This document shows positions 36,452 through 46,738 of a stretch of 64,000 nt of DNA, piece after piece (position 1 is the first letter of the stretch; every line of letters starts with the position of its first letter). The DNA is from Chthoniobacteraceae bacterium (GTDB taxonomy: Bacteria > Verrucomicrobiota > Verrucomicrobiia > Chthoniobacterales > Chthoniobacteraceae), in assembly GCA_037190965.1 (NCBI GenBank), contig JBBCKI010000030.1:1-64000 (forward strand), written 5' to 3'. The translations under genes were made by a program, and so were the position numbers. Under the pieces are notes generated by a model. The model was not told the DNA's origin, ran no database searches, and was given only the letters and a program-made list of their open reading frames with translations.

Positions 36452-38740
36452 ATGAAATTCGCGCGTGTGCTGGTCGATCAATCGGGGAGCACCGCGCTCG
36501 ATTACGCCGTCCCCCCGGATATGGAGGCGCAGGTGCAGATCGGCTCCCGCGTGGCCGTGCAAATCCGCCACCGCAAGGCGCTCGCCACCGTCATCGAACT
36601 CCTTGAGGAAAGCGACGTCCCCGGCTTGCGACCTCTGGACAAAGTGATCGGTCAACGCCCGGTCCTGAGCCCCAATCTCCTTCGGCTCGCCCGCTGGATG
36701 GCGGAGTACTACTGTTGCCCGGTGGAGACCGCCATGCGGGCCGTGCTACCGCAGGTGATCCGCAAGGGCGAAGTCGGCTTCAAGCAGCAGCTTGCCGCGA
36801 GGCTGGTCCGTCCGGTGGACGACGCGCTGCTCGCCGAACTCGAAAAACGCGCGCCGAAGCAGGCCGGCATTGTGGAAACCCTTCGAAGCATCCCCCCCTC
36901 CACCGAAGATCAACAGGCTCCGCCCCCCGGGTCCACACCACCGGCCTTCGGCTCCATGCACGTCTCCGCACTCCTTAAAAAGGCCGGGGCCGATCGCGCT
37001 TCGCTGGCCGCACTGGTACGCAAAGGGCTTGTTTCCACGGCAACGGAAACCGTCTCCCGCGATCCGCACGAGCGGGAAACTTTCGTCGCCGCCTCCCCGC
37101 ACCCTCTCAACGAAGAGCAGGTTGTCGTTTTTGAACAGGTCTGCCGGGCGTTGGACAAAGCCGACAGCCCCAATGCCGCGCCCAAACCGATCCTCCTCCT
37201 CGGTGTCACCGGCAGCGGCAAGACGGAGATTTATCTTCAGGCCATCCAGCGGGTGCTCGACCGTGGGGAAAGTGCCATCATGCTGGTGCCCGAGATCGCG
37301 CTGACCCCGCAAACGGTGGAACGCTTCAAGAGCCGGTTCGCCTCGATCCAGGGCGAAGTCGCCGTGCTCCATAGCCACCTCTCCGAGGGCGAACGCCACG
37401 ACGAATGGCACAAGATCAACGATGGCCGGGCAAAGATCGTCATCGGAGCGCGTAGCGCCATTTTCGCGCCGCTCGATCGCCTCGGCCTGATCGTCGTCGA
37501 TGAGGAGCACGAGAACTCCTACAAGCAGGAGGATGCCCCTCGCTATCATGCCCGCGATCTCGCCGTGCTGCGCGGGACCTTCGAGCAATGCGCCGTGCTG
37601 CTCGGGAGCGCCACGCCCTCATTGGAGAGCTTTCACAACGCCAGCACCGGCAAGTACCAGCTATTGCGCATGAACCTGCGCGTGGATGACCGCAAGCTCC
37701 CTTACTTCCGCATCATCGATATGCGGCTGGAAAAGCGCGGAGAAAAGGGCCCCTCCATCATCTCCGAGAAGATGAGACAAGCCATTGAGGCGCGCATCGC
37801 CCGCAAGGAACAGTCGATTTTGTTCCTCAACCGGCGTGGCTTCTCCACCTCGCTCTCCTGCAACGCCTGCGGCTTCGTGGCGCGATGTCCGAACTGCTCG
37901 GTCTCCCTCACGTTTCACCGCGCGGAGAACCGGATCGTCTGCCACATCTGCGGTCACCTTGCGCTCGCGCCCTCCAAGTGTCCCGACTGCAAAGACCCTG
38001 GGATCAAATACACCGGCATCGGCACCGAGAAAGTCGAGGAAGCCGTCGCGCGCCTCTTCCCGAAAGCCACCGTGCGCCGCATGGACGCCGACACGATGAC
38101 CCGCAAGGAGGCGTACCGGGAAACGCTCACCGCGTTCCGCAGCGGCAAGATCGATATTCTGCTCGGCACGCAGATGATCGCCAAAGGGCTGCACTTCCCC
38201 AACGTCACGCTGGTCGGCATCATCAACGCCGACCTCGGCCTGCACCTCCCGGACTTCCGGGCGGGCGAACGAACCTTCCAACTCCTCACGCAGGTGGCAG
38301 GCCGCGCGGGCCGTGGCGACATCGAGGGCGAAGTCTTCGTCCAGAGCTTCACGCCGCACCACCCGGCCATCCAGTTCGCGCGGCATCACGACTTCGACGG
38401 TTTCGCTGAACAGGAGATCGAATGGCGCAAGCAATGGGAATACCCGCCGTTCAGCAAGATGGTGCTGATCACCGCCCGCTCCCCGCATCAGGAACGCGGC
38501 AGCTTCTCCATGGAGACGCTCGCACGAAAACTGAAGGAGCTTCTCCCGCCCAACACCACCCTGAGCGATCCATCCCCCGCGCCACTGGAGAAAAGCCATG
38601 GCAATTTCCGCTTCCACCTGATGCTGCGTACCGGCTCGATCAAGAAGCTCTCGCGCGCGTTGAATGAAGTGCTGGGCAGGCTGACCTTTCCGGAGGAGGT
38701 GGTGGTGACAGTGGATGTGGATCCTTATCAGTTGCTCTGA
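36452..38740 (+). CDS. priA: Primosomal protein N' (replication restart helicase)
   Basis: GVTGSGKTE, LVPEIALTPQ, DEEH, GSATPS, four CxxC motifs, GTQMIAKG, QVAGRAGR. Confidence 0.97.
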   Translation: MKFARVLVDQSGSTALDYAVPPDMEAQVQIGSRVAVQIRHRKALATVIELLEESDVPGLRPLDKVIGQRPVLSPNLLRLARWMAEYYCCPVETAMRAVLPQVIRKGEVGFKQQLAARLVRPVDDALLAELEKRAPKQAGIVETLRSIPPSTEDQQAPPPGSTPPAFGSMHVSALLKKAGADRASLAALVRKGLVSTATETVSRDPHERETFVAASPHPLNEEQVVVFEQVCRALDKADSPNAAPKPILLLGVTGSGKTEIYLQAIQRVLDRGESAIMLVPEIALTPQTVERFKSRFASIQGEVAVLHSHLSEGERHDEWHKINDGRAKIVIGARSAIFAPLDRLGLIVVDEEHENSYKQEDAPRYHARDLAVLRGTFEQCAVLLGSATPSLESFHNASTGKYQLLRMNLRVDDRKLPYFRIIDMRLEKRGEKGPSIISEKMRQAIEARIARKEQSILFLNRRGFSTSLSCNACGFVARCPNCSVSLTFHRAENRIVCHICGHLALAPSKCPDCKDPGIKYTGIGTEKVEEAVARLFPKATVRRMDADTMTRKEAYRETLTAFRSGKIDILLGTQMIAKGLHFPNVTLVGIINADLGLHLPDFRAGERTFQLLTQVAGRAGRGDIEGEVFVQSFTPHHPAIQFARHHDFDGFAEQEIEWRKQWEYPPFSKMVLITARSPHQERGSFSMETLARKLKELLPPNTTLSDPSPAPLEKSHGNFRFHLMLRTGSIKKLSRALNEVLGRLTFPEEVVVTVDVDPYQLL

Positions 38741-38773
38741 CTACAGTACGCGCAGCAACCTACGCCGCCGCAA

Positions 38774-39349
38774 TCAGCGATAACCCTGTGGCACGAGTTT
38801 CGCCGCGAGGGGTTCGACGGCATGAGCAACCCGCCAGACCTCGTTGAACGAGGTACCTTCCTGACCACTCACATGGACGATTCGAGACCCTTTTCGATAA
38901 CTGATCCATCCGCCGTGGGTTTTGACTTTTTCACCCTTCCTTAGTGGTTTCCGACCGTGATACCTCTCGTCCTCGTAATTAAAGAACCGAGCCGCATCGC
39001 CCGGCATCTCTTTCTCATAAGTCGGCTCCGGAAAATACCATGCAGCGGGACGACGAAAAGCCCTCCATGCACTGAATCGGTTGCTATAGCGTTCTACCTC
39101 AATATTGAGTCCACCGTTAAAATGCCAGGAGACACCCCCATCGCTGTCATACCTTCTCGCCTTCCCAAAGTCGCGAATCTCCCCCAAGGCGCCCAACATC
39201 ACCGGTTCATATTTTTCCAAGCGGGCCGGTCCAAAGACATTATCTTCCAAGGTCCGGTAGCCGTGCACTACGGCAAGAATTCCAGCCAATGCCGATCCTA
39301 TAGTGACAATCCTCTGCCATCTCCGCTTCCAGAGGGATTTTTCGCTCAT
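38774..39349 (-). CDS. Hypothetical membrane-anchored protein
   Basis: Open frame with one N-terminal TM (IVTIGSALAGILAVV); AT-richer than neighbours; no recognised motif. Confidence 0.6.
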   Translation of the reverse strand: MSEKSLWKRRWQRIVTIGSALAGILAVVHGYRTLEDNVFGPARLEKYEPVMLGALGEIRDFGKARRYDSDGGVSWHFNGGLNIEVERYSNRFSAWRAFRRPAAWYFPEPTYEKEMPGDAARFFNYEDERYHGRKPLRKGEKVKTHGGWISYRKGSRIVHVSGQEGTSFNEVWRVAHAVEPLAAKLVPQGYR

Positions 39350-39462
39350 GGATCGGCTGTATAACATCCGCATCCAGATACATCAAGCCACGCCATCCAT
39401 GGTGCAAAGAAGATAAAAAACCCGACAGGCAGAACCCAAAGGGAAAGCGCTCCCTGCCAAAC

Positions 39463-39624
39463 TGGTGCGGCAGCACCGGTAGCCCGCTCGCGCCGTCGAG
39501 CGCGGGTATCGGCACCCGAAGCTTCACGAGGGCCGCATCCCAATACCAAGAACCCGTCCTCCGGGGATGGACACCAAACGCGACTCGTAAACCGATCCCG
39601 CGCTCTCGGCGAGCGCGGGCTACC
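39463..39624 (+). repeat. GTAG-REP doublet (REPIN) copy D
   Basis: GGTGCGGCAGCACCGGTAGCCCGCTCGCGCCGTCGAGCGCGGG ... CCCGCGCTCTCGGCGAGCGCGGGCTACC. Confidence 0.9.
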
Positions 39625-39754
39625 TCGCTGGCGGCCTCACTACCCGCTGGAGAAAGCGCTTGCCTCCGTGGCCCGGGGGCTTACCTTCCTCGCTCCATCC
39701 GGACCAAAACCCAAGGGGCATGATTGCGGTCCATATTTTGGGAATCCTACACCA

Positions 39755-40870
39755 TTGAAAATTTTTAAGACACTGGGAGTCCGGGACGATTTGATCCAGG
39801 GGCTGGAAGAACTCGGGATCACGACGCCGACGCCGATTCAGCGGGAGGCGATTCCATACCTGTTGACGAATGGCGGGGACTTCATCGCGCAGGCCCAGAC
39901 AGGCACCGGGAAAACGGCGGCCTTCGGCATCCCGCTGCTGATGGGACTCGACCCCAAGCTCAAACAAATTCAGGCCGTGGTGGTCTCTCCCACGCGCGAA
40001 CTTGCAAAGCAAATCGGCAAACAACTCTTCCGCTACACCAAATACTGCGCCGAGAAGATCTTCGTGGAAGTATTGACCGGCGGGGACAAGATCGATCGAC
40101 AAGCGGCGGCATTGCAACGCCCGACCCATGTGGTGGTCGTGACGCCGGGCCGACTGCTGGATTTGCTGGACCGGAAGGCACTGACTCTCGATGCGGTAAA
40201 GCTGCTGGTCCTCGATGAAGCCGATGAGCTGTTGAACCTCGGGTTCCGCAAGGAAGTGGCGGCGATTTGCACGCGAACCAACGGACGCAAGGCCACCTGG
40301 CTATTCTCCGCCACAATTCCGGCCGGGGTGCGGCAGTTGATCACAGACTATATGTCGCCTCAGGCCCACACGTTGAGGATCGATCAACGGCACGTCGTCA
40401 ACCGTGACATCTCCCACCGGTTCATGGTCTGCCAGATCAAAGAAAAAACATCACTGATCGCCAGTTTCCTCCGAAGCCAGGGCGATGAGCGCGGCGTGAT
40501 CTTTTGCCGGACCAAAGCGGGAGCGACCAAGCTATTCGACGAACTCACCGAGCGCGGGCTTTCGCTAGGCGTTTTGCAGGGCGACTTGATGCAGACAGAG
40601 CGGGACAAAGTGCTGCGCTCCTTCCGCAAAGGGAGGTTCCAGTTCCTGATCGCAACCGACGTCGCCGCGCGTGGGATCGATGTGGAAGGCCTTGCCTTTG
40701 TCCTCCACCATCAACTGCCGGACCAGGTCGATCACTACACACACCGTAGCGGCAGGACCGGACGTGCGGGACGTGAGGGCGTCTCCATCGCCTTGATCAC
40801 CCCTTCGGAAAAACGGGACATCGCCAAGCTGGGGCAAATCCTCGGGCTTCGCTTTGTGGAGATGAGGTAA
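39755..40870 (+). CDS. DEAD-box RNA helicase
   Basis: PTPIQ, AQTGTGKT, PTRELA, TPGRL, DEAD, SAT, ARGID, HRSGRTGR; probable TTG start 39755. Confidence 0.93.
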   Translation: MKIFKTLGVRDDLIQGLEELGITTPTPIQREAIPYLLTNGGDFIAQAQTGTGKTAAFGIPLLMGLDPKLKQIQAVVVSPTRELAKQIGKQLFRYTKYCAEKIFVEVLTGGDKIDRQAAALQRPTHVVVVTPGRLLDLLDRKALTLDAVKLLVLDEADELLNLGFRKEVAAICTRTNGRKATWLFSATIPAGVRQLITDYMSPQAHTLRIDQRHVVNRDISHRFMVCQIKEKTSLIASFLRSQGDERGVIFCRTKAGATKLFDELTERGLSLGVLQGDLMQTERDKVLRSFRKGRFQFLIATDVAARGIDVEGLAFVLHHQLPDQVDHYTHRSGRTGRAGREGVSIALITPSEKRDIAKLGQILGLRFVEMR

Positions 40871-40896
40871 CGGGCGAGCTGTTTTATCGGCTGCGA

Positions 40897-40992
40897 GACG
40901 GGCTGATGGTGTTGGGATGCAGCCGCAAGGGAGGAAGGGGAGCCGATACCCGCGCTCGGCGGCGCGAGCGGACTACCGGTGCTTCCGCACCG
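40897..40992 (-). repeat. GTAG-REP doublet (REPIN) copy E, truncated
   Basis: GACGGGCTG..GTTGGGATGC..GCCGATACCCGCGCTCGGCGGCGCGAGCGGACTACCGGTGCTTCCGCACCG; second REP missing. Confidence 0.85.
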
Positions 40993-40999
40993 TTGCGGA

Positions 41000-41440
41000 T
41001 CAATCGCGATGATAAGGCAAACCGGCCTTGATGGTATAGGCGCGATAGAGTTGCTCATAGAGAACCACGAGCGCCAGTTCATGCTGGAGTGTCAGCTTGC
41101 TCAAGCCCCACTTCCAATTCGCGGCACGTCGAAGCTCCTCGGTATGGCCGTCGGACCCGCCAATCAGCAACGCGACGGTTTTGACGCTTTGCTGCTCCCA
41201 CGCGGAGATCTTTTCCGCGAACGCTCGACTAGTCACCTGCTCGCCCCGCTCATCCAGGACGATCCGAAACATGCCTTCACTGCGTTGCAACAGCAGAGCG
41301 CTTTCCGCCTCGCGCGTGGAGGCCCTGAGGTATTCCGTCTTCACGTTGGCGAACCCCCGCAAACGCCCCGCGTACTCCTCGATTCCAGCCCGGGCAAAGC
41401 CCAACTTCGGTTTCCCGATGGCAAACACGACCCAGTTCAT
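41000..41440 (-). CDS. rlmH: 23S rRNA pseudouridine-1915 N3-methyltransferase
   Basis: LDERGEQVTS, IGGSDG, LSKLTLQHELA, EQLYRAYTI, PYHRD. Confidence 0.93.
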   Translation of the reverse strand: MNWVVFAIGKPKLGFARAGIEEYAGRLRGFANVKTEYLRASTREAESALLLQRSEGMFRIVLDERGEQVTSRAFAEKISAWEQQSVKTVALLIGGSDGHTEELRRAANWKWGLSKLTLQHELALVVLYEQLYRAYTIKAGLPYHRD

Positions 41441-41442
41441 CG

Positions 41443-42120
41443 CTATTTCCCGTAAAGCCGGCTATTCTCTTCGAGGTCTTTGACGACCGTGCAGAGATAG
41501 ACGGGCTCGGGATGCAGTTTTTCGTATTTGGAGATTCGCGCCTTGTTGATGACACGGAAGCCGTACCGCTCGAACATCTTTGAACCCCGTCGGCTTTCGT
41601 AGGTCACCATCTGCCCGTAAACACGCCGCTCGCCGCACTCATGCAAGTATTCGAGATAGGCGTCCATGATTGCCCGGGTCGTGGAGACATTGCGCGCATC
41701 GGGCAGCAGGTTGATGTGGAAGTGCGCGCAGCTTCGGGGCGCGGCGGGGACCTCCCGCCAGCCGTTGCAGAAGACCCATTTTACGAATGCGCGGGAGGCG
41801 GCGCTGTAGCCGGGATAGCGAACGATGCCCCGGAGAAAGATGCTAAGGTTCTGGTACAGGTTATAGAGCTGCTGCCGGAACGGAAAACGGGACCCGAGCA
41901 AATACCCCCGCACTTCGCCATTGACCTCCAGCACGAAGGAAGACTCCGGCTCCCAGTCGGTGTAGTAGGCGCTCAGGTAATCGGCAAACAACTCGCGGTC
42001 TTCGAAGACCGGGTCGATCGGGTTGCCTAAAAACCCGGTGTCGCAGCAGAGGCGGCGAACGCTTTCGCGGTCGTCCGGATGGTACTTGCGGATGTTGAAA
42101 TTTCGCCCGGCTTCATCCAT
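41443..42120 (-). CDS. GNAT-family acetyltransferase
   Basis: IRKYHPDDRE, VRGYLLG, AHFHINLLPDAR, FERYGF; start ATG 42120. Confidence 0.8.
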   Translation of the reverse strand: MDEAGRNFNIRKYHPDDRESVRRLCCDTGFLGNPIDPVFEDRELFADYLSAYYTDWEPESSFVLEVNGEVRGYLLGSRFPFRQQLYNLYQNLSIFLRGIVRYPGYSAASRAFVKWVFCNGWREVPAAPRSCAHFHINLLPDARNVSTTRAIMDAYLEYLHECGERRVYGQMVTYESRRGSKMFERYGFRVINKARISKYEKLHPEPVYLCTVVKDLEENSRLYGK

Positions 42121-43297
42121 TGGCTTTGTTGTACGGCTCCGCGGCGGCGCGGTAAATCCCAAAGAGCCGGGAAAAAACCTGATTCCATGAATATCGGGAG
42201 TGAACCTCCCGGCTGACGGCGACTCCGACGGCGGGCAGATCGCCTCTCGCCGTTCGCACGATGGCGGCGGCCAGCGCCTCCGGGGTATTTTCCCTCGCCC
42301 AATGGTCCTGCCCACCGCAGATGATCCGGTCCATGTAACTCCCGGCAATCCCCACGACCGGCGTCCCGCACGCCTGGCTCTCCAGAGCCACCAGCCCGAA
42401 GGTCTCTTGTAACCCCGGGTGAACGAAAAGATCGGCGCAGCGATAAATACGGGCGAGTCTGGCGGAATCGTCGCAATACGGCAGCCAGGTCACCTCGCCC
42501 GTCGCCGCCCTCAATTGCGTCACCAGCCCCCGCTGCAACCCGTCGCCCACCACCAGCAGGTGAAAGCGCCCCAGGTGATCCCGATGCAGCCGCTCAAAGG
42601 TCTGAAACAGCGTCCGCGTGTTCTTCTCCGCCGCGAGACGCCCCGCGTAAAGGAGAAGCTGCCGCTCTTCGGCAGCCGGGATACAGAGTTCCCCCCGGGT
42701 CGCCGCGCGATCGTCCGGGCCTGGACAAAAAATGGCCGTATCAACCCCAAGATCAACGGCCTGCACGTTCGCAACGCCCCATTGCCTCAGCACCTCGGCC
42801 AACGCGGGCGACGGCACCAGGGTGGCATTAAACCGATTGTAGAGCGCGTGGACGTACCGCCGCGAGGCGGCCATCGCCCATTGCGCCGCCCGCGCCCCCA
42901 GCCACCGCGCCGCGCCGCGCAGGTAAGCCTCGGGGAAATGAGAATGGTAAAACCCGAGCACCGGGATGCCGAGCGCGCGCCCCGTCCCGACCGTCTTCCA
43001 GGCCACCTGGTAGGGATCGCCGCACTCGATCACATCGGGACGCTCGCGCTCCAGAATCTCATGCACGGCATCGAGCCGGACGAGCGCGCGATAGCGCGAC
43101 TTACGCGAGAGCAACGGGGAACGGATCGTGCAAACGACACTCCGCCCCTCCACCCGACGTTCATCGCGCTCGCCGGGAATGATCAGCAGATGAGAATCGT
43201 CCGTCTCCGCGTGCAGATACCGGACCTTCTCGGTGACGTACCGCTTCACCCCGCCGCTTACCGGGGAGTAAAACTGGGTGATGTCACAAATTCTCAT
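42113..43297 (-). CDS. Glycosyltransferase family 4
   Basis: QFYSPVSGGVKRY, GFYHSHF, YAGRLAAEKN, ETFGLVALESQACGTPVV. Confidence 0.9.
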   Translation of the reverse strand: MRICDITQFYSPVSGGVKRYVTEKVRYLHAETDDSHLLIIPGERDERRVEGRSVVCTIRSPLLSRKSRYRALVRLDAVHEILERERPDVIECGDPYQVAWKTVGTGRALGIPVLGFYHSHFPEAYLRGAARWLGARAAQWAMAASRRYVHALYNRFNATLVPSPALAEVLRQWGVANVQAVDLGVDTAIFCPGPDDRAATRGELCIPAAEERQLLLYAGRLAAEKNTRTLFQTFERLHRDHLGRFHLLVVGDGLQRGLVTQLRAATGEVTWLPYCDDSARLARIYRCADLFVHPGLQETFGLVALESQACGTPVVGIAGSYMDRIICGGQDHWARENTPEALAAAIVRTARGDLPAVGVAVSREVHSRYSWNQVFSRLFGIYRAAAEPYNKANG

Positions 43298-43331
43298 CGC
43301 TTCGCGCCACGGCGCGGCAAAAAAGGGGAGA

Positions 43332-44255
43332 CTACGCTCCGAGGTTCGCTAGATACCGCTCCGCGTCGAGCGCGGCGGCGCACCCCTGCCCGGCGGCGGT
43401 GATCGCCTGCCGATAGACGTGATCCGCGACGTCGCCTGCCGCAAAGACGCCGGGGATGTTCGTCCGGGTGCCCCCGCATTGGAGCAGATACCCGTCGGAA
43501 TCCATATCGAGCTTCCCTTTGAAGGGGGCGGTGTTGGGCGTGTGGCCGATGGCGACGAAAACGCACTTCACTTCCAGTTCGCTCTCCTCGCCGCTCTTGA
43601 CGTTGGTGAGCTTTACGGCGCGCACCTCGCCCGCGTCATCGGTCAGGTACTCGGAAACCACGCTGTCCCAGACCGGCTCCACCTTCTCGTTGGCCAGAAC
43701 GCGGTCGGCCATGATCTTGGAGGCGCGCAGGGAATCGCGGCGATGAATGAGATACACCTTGGAGGCAAAGCGGGTCAGGAAGACGGCTTCCTCGGCGGCG
43801 GAGTCGCCACCGCCCACCACGCACACCGGCACGTTCCGGTAAAACGCGCCGTCGCAGGTGGCGCAGGAGGTCAACCCGTGGCCGATCAGTTCGCGCTCGC
43901 GCGGAATCCCGAGATAACGGGCGGAAGCGCCGCTGGCGACGATGAGCGTCTGCGTCTCGACCCATTCCCCGTCGACCTTCACGCGCAGGAACCCGTTGTC
44001 CTGCTCAAGATCCTCCACGGTGGCGTAGGAAAAACGGGCGCCGAAGCGTTCCGCCTGGGCCTTCATGTTCATGATCAGATTGGGGCCGTCGATCCCTTCG
44101 ACAAAGCCGGGAAAATTCTCAACAAGGGTCGTCGTTGAGAGCTGCCCCCCGGGCTCTTTACCTTCAAGAACTAACGGCGAAAAATTGGCGCGCGCGGCAT
44201 AGATGGCGGCGGTAAGCCCGGCGCAACCCGAGCCAACGATGATCACTTTTTCCAT
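43332..44255 (-). CDS. trxB: Thioredoxin-disulfide reductase
   Basis: GSGCAG, GGQL, CATCDG, GGGDSAAEEA, HRRD, AAGDV, RQAITAAG. Confidence 0.96.
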   Translation of the reverse strand: MEKVIIVGSGCAGLTAAIYAARANFSPLVLEGKEPGGQLSTTTLVENFPGFVEGIDGPNLIMNMKAQAERFGARFSYATVEDLEQDNGFLRVKVDGEWVETQTLIVASGASARYLGIPRERELIGHGLTSCATCDGAFYRNVPVCVVGGGDSAAEEAVFLTRFASKVYLIHRRDSLRASKIMADRVLANEKVEPVWDSVVSEYLTDDAGEVRAVKLTNVKSGEESELEVKCVFVAIGHTPNTAPFKGKLDMDSDGYLLQCGGTRTNIPGVFAAGDVADHVYRQAITAAGQGCAAALDAERYLANLGA

Positions 44256-44350
44256 AAGGCCGGGAGTAGAGCAGCAGCACGGGGCAATTTCCAGTAAAAG
44301 CTGCAAAAGGAAGCATCTCCAACCCTATTGACGGCATCCATTTACCCGCT

Positions 44351-44626
44351 CTATCGCTTATTCTTTACCGATCTTCCAAGCAGATGGGCTGCGATGGGAA
44401 GCGTGATGAATAGAAACGCGATCGCGGCAATCATTTTCACCCAAGCGGAGATCGTACCAAAGGACAAAGCGGCCGCCAAAGCGGTAAACCCGAGGCCGAA
44501 GGTGCTGGCTTTCGTCGCGGCATGAATCCGCGAATAAAAATCGGGAAAGCGAAACACCCCAAGCGCTGCGATCAGAGAAAAAAAACCTCCAACGAGGAGA
44601 AAAAAGGATGCGATGTAAGAGATCAT
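44351..44626 (-). CDS. mrpG: Mrp Na+/H+ antiporter subunit G
   Basis: ALGVFRFPDFYSRIHAATKASTFG, TLPIAAHLL. Confidence 0.92.
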   Translation of the reverse strand: MISYIASFFLLVGGFFSLIAALGVFRFPDFYSRIHAATKASTFGLGFTALAAALSFGTISAWVKMIAAIAFLFITLPIAAHLLGRSVKNKR

Positions 44627-44907
44627 TTCGTGTTCGAAGTTTCGTCTCTTTCGCGCTGTAGAAAACGCGCCAAAGCCACGGTTCCAAAAAAAGCGATGAT
44701 AGAAAAGACCAGAACGACATCCAGCATGGCCTCGTCCTTGCTCCGGATGGCGTGGGAGATCATCAGGACGGCCACCAGCAGGCCCAGAAGGTCGATGGCA
44801 ACCATCCGATCCGCCGCAGTCGGACCAATCGTCATGCGACAAAGACACAAGACCATGGATACAATCAGCATGATTTCAAACACGGCATTAACACTCTCGG
44901 GTATCAT
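44623..44907 (-). CDS. mrpF: Mrp Na+/H+ antiporter subunit F
   Basis: GPTAADRMVAIDLL, LDVVLV, FFGTVALARFL. Confidence 0.92.
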   Translation of the reverse strand: MIPESVNAVFEIMLIVSMVLCLCRMTIGPTAADRMVAIDLLGLLVAVLMISHAIRSKDEAMLDVVLVFSIIAFFGTVALARFLQRERDETSNTK

Positions 44908-45272
44908 GATAATGATGGGTTGGGGTTTCCCAGTGCGTGGCGGAGCAAGGTTTCGAGCTCCATTCGAACTTTCAAGGGGTCTTCGAGATAGAGGGCGTGG
45001 ACCAGGAGATGATCGGACCCTTCTTCCAGATCAAGAGAGAGTGTGCCGGGGGTCATTGAAATCAGGCAGGCGGCCTCCCAACGTTGGATCGGATCATACC
45101 CTTTCAGATTGATCTCCACGAATCCGGGATGAAACTTCGGTTTGAAACGAAGGGCATCCATCGCGACCCGGATGTTGGATAGCGTCATCTCCCGGAGGTA
45201 AATCGGCAGAAAGCGGACCAGCCCCGGAAACCGGAACAACGTTCTCCTATAAATATTTTTGCTGATGCTCAT
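44904..45272 (-). CDS. mrpE: Mrp Na+/H+ antiporter subunit E
   Basis: SNIRVA, PGFV, ISMTPGTLSLD, LLVHAL. Confidence 0.9.
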   Translation of the reverse strand: MSISKNIYRRTLFRFPGLVRFLPIYLREMTLSNIRVAMDALRFKPKFHPGFVEINLKGYDPIQRWEAACLISMTPGTLSLDLEEGSDHLLVHALYLEDPLKVRMELETLLRHALGNPNPSLS

Positions 45273-46738
45273 GGGATGAGAAGTTGCCTGGATGCAATAT
45301 CGGCGAGTTCAAAAAGCCAGGTTGGATAAAAACTGATGAGCAGTGTAATTCCCGTGAGGATGACCATCGGAATCACATGAGCCGCATGGATGGGCCTCCT
45401 CTCTCCGGCATTCTCAGGGCGCTCCTTCCAAAAAGCCTCCGCCCATATCTTGGTCATGGAAAACAGGGTCAGAATCCCCACGGCCAAAGCGATGCCCGCG
45501 GCGAACCAGGCGTGAACACCAAAGATCGCCTCCAACAAGGCCAACTTGGCCCAAAAGCCCGACAGCGGCGGAATGCCGCCGAGCGAAAGCGCGGGGATAA
45601 GAAACAAGACCGCCAACCACGGCGCGGCGCGGTAGAGCCCACCGGTTCTTCGAAGATCTTCGCCGCCTCCAATCCGGTCAATCACTGACGCCGCGAGAAA
45701 CAGGTTCGACTTCACGACAATGTGATGGATCACGTAAAAGATCGTAGCCGAGATTGCTCCAGCCGTGCCAAGCGCGAGCCCCAAGGCCATGTAGCCGATC
45801 TGACTGATGATGTGGAACGAGAGAATTCGCCGAACATGAAACTGGCTGGCAGCTCCGAGGACGCCGATCACCATTGTAAGGAGAGCGACCCACCAGAGAA
45901 TCGGCAGAGTGAAGCTTTGATGTGCGGAAAAAGTCGACCCGAATGTACGAATCAAGGCATAAACCCCAACTTTGGTCAGCAACCCGGCGAAGACTGCCGA
46001 AACGGTATATCTCGGGGTATGGTATGAAGAGGGCAACCAGGCATAGAGGGGGAAGAGACCGGCCTTCACGGCAAACGCCAGCATCAGGAAAACGCCAGCA
46101 AGCCGGATTCCCGTGACGGAGCCTTGCCCTTGGGAAATCCGCAACGCGATATCGGCAAAATTCAGCGTGCCGAGGCTTGCATAGATGATTCCGGCCCCAA
46201 TCAAGAACACCGTCGAGGCGACGATGTTGAGCACCATATACTTCACCGTCCCCTCGAGCTGGCTTTTGCTCCCGCCCTGAGCCAACAGAACGAAAGAGGA
46301 GAGCAGCATCACCTCAAACCAGACATAGAGGTTGAAGAGGTCATTGGTCAGGAACGAACCGCAAACTCCAAAAAGGAGAAATTGATAGAGCGGGTGATAC
46401 CCTCGCCGCTCATCGCTGATCGGAACTTCAGCGAGCCCGTGAATGGCGCCACAAAAACCGATCACGCCGGTGATGGCGACCATCAAGGCTGAAAGCATGT
46501 CGGCCCGGAGCCGAATCCCAACCGGCGCGGCCCACCCTCCCACATCCAGAATCACCGGGCCGTGCGCCTTGACGGCGGCTACGAGCGCGAAGCTGAACGC
46601 CGTCAGAAGTGCGGTCGAACCCACCGCGACGACACGTTGGGCTTTGCTTTGCCCGAGCAAAAAAATCTGCACGATCGCCGCCCCCAGGGGGATGAGAAGG
46701 CAAAGGTACAAAGGAAACGGATTCATCAAATCAAACAT
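45269..46738 (-). CDS. mrpD: Mrp Na+/H+ antiporter subunit D
   Basis: GGWAAPVGI, DLFNLYVWFEVML, KAGLFPLYAWLP, LTKVGVY, GIPPLSGFWAK. Confidence 0.94.
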   Translation of the reverse strand: MFDLMNPFPLYLCLLIPLGAAIVQIFLLGQSKAQRVVAVGSTALLTAFSFALVAAVKAHGPVILDVGGWAAPVGIRLRADMLSALMVAITGVIGFCGAIHGLAEVPISDERRGYHPLYQFLLFGVCGSFLTNDLFNLYVWFEVMLLSSFVLLAQGGSKSQLEGTVKYMVLNIVASTVFLIGAGIIYASLGTLNFADIALRISQGQGSVTGIRLAGVFLMLAFAVKAGLFPLYAWLPSSYHTPRYTVSAVFAGLLTKVGVYALIRTFGSTFSAHQSFTLPILWWVALLTMVIGVLGAASQFHVRRILSFHIISQIGYMALGLALGTAGAISATIFYVIHHIVVKSNLFLAASVIDRIGGGEDLRRTGGLYRAAPWLAVLFLIPALSLGGIPPLSGFWAKLALLEAIFGVHAWFAAGIALAVGILTLFSMTKIWAEAFWKERPENAGERRPIHAAHVIPMVILTGITLLISFYPTWLFELADIASRQLLIP

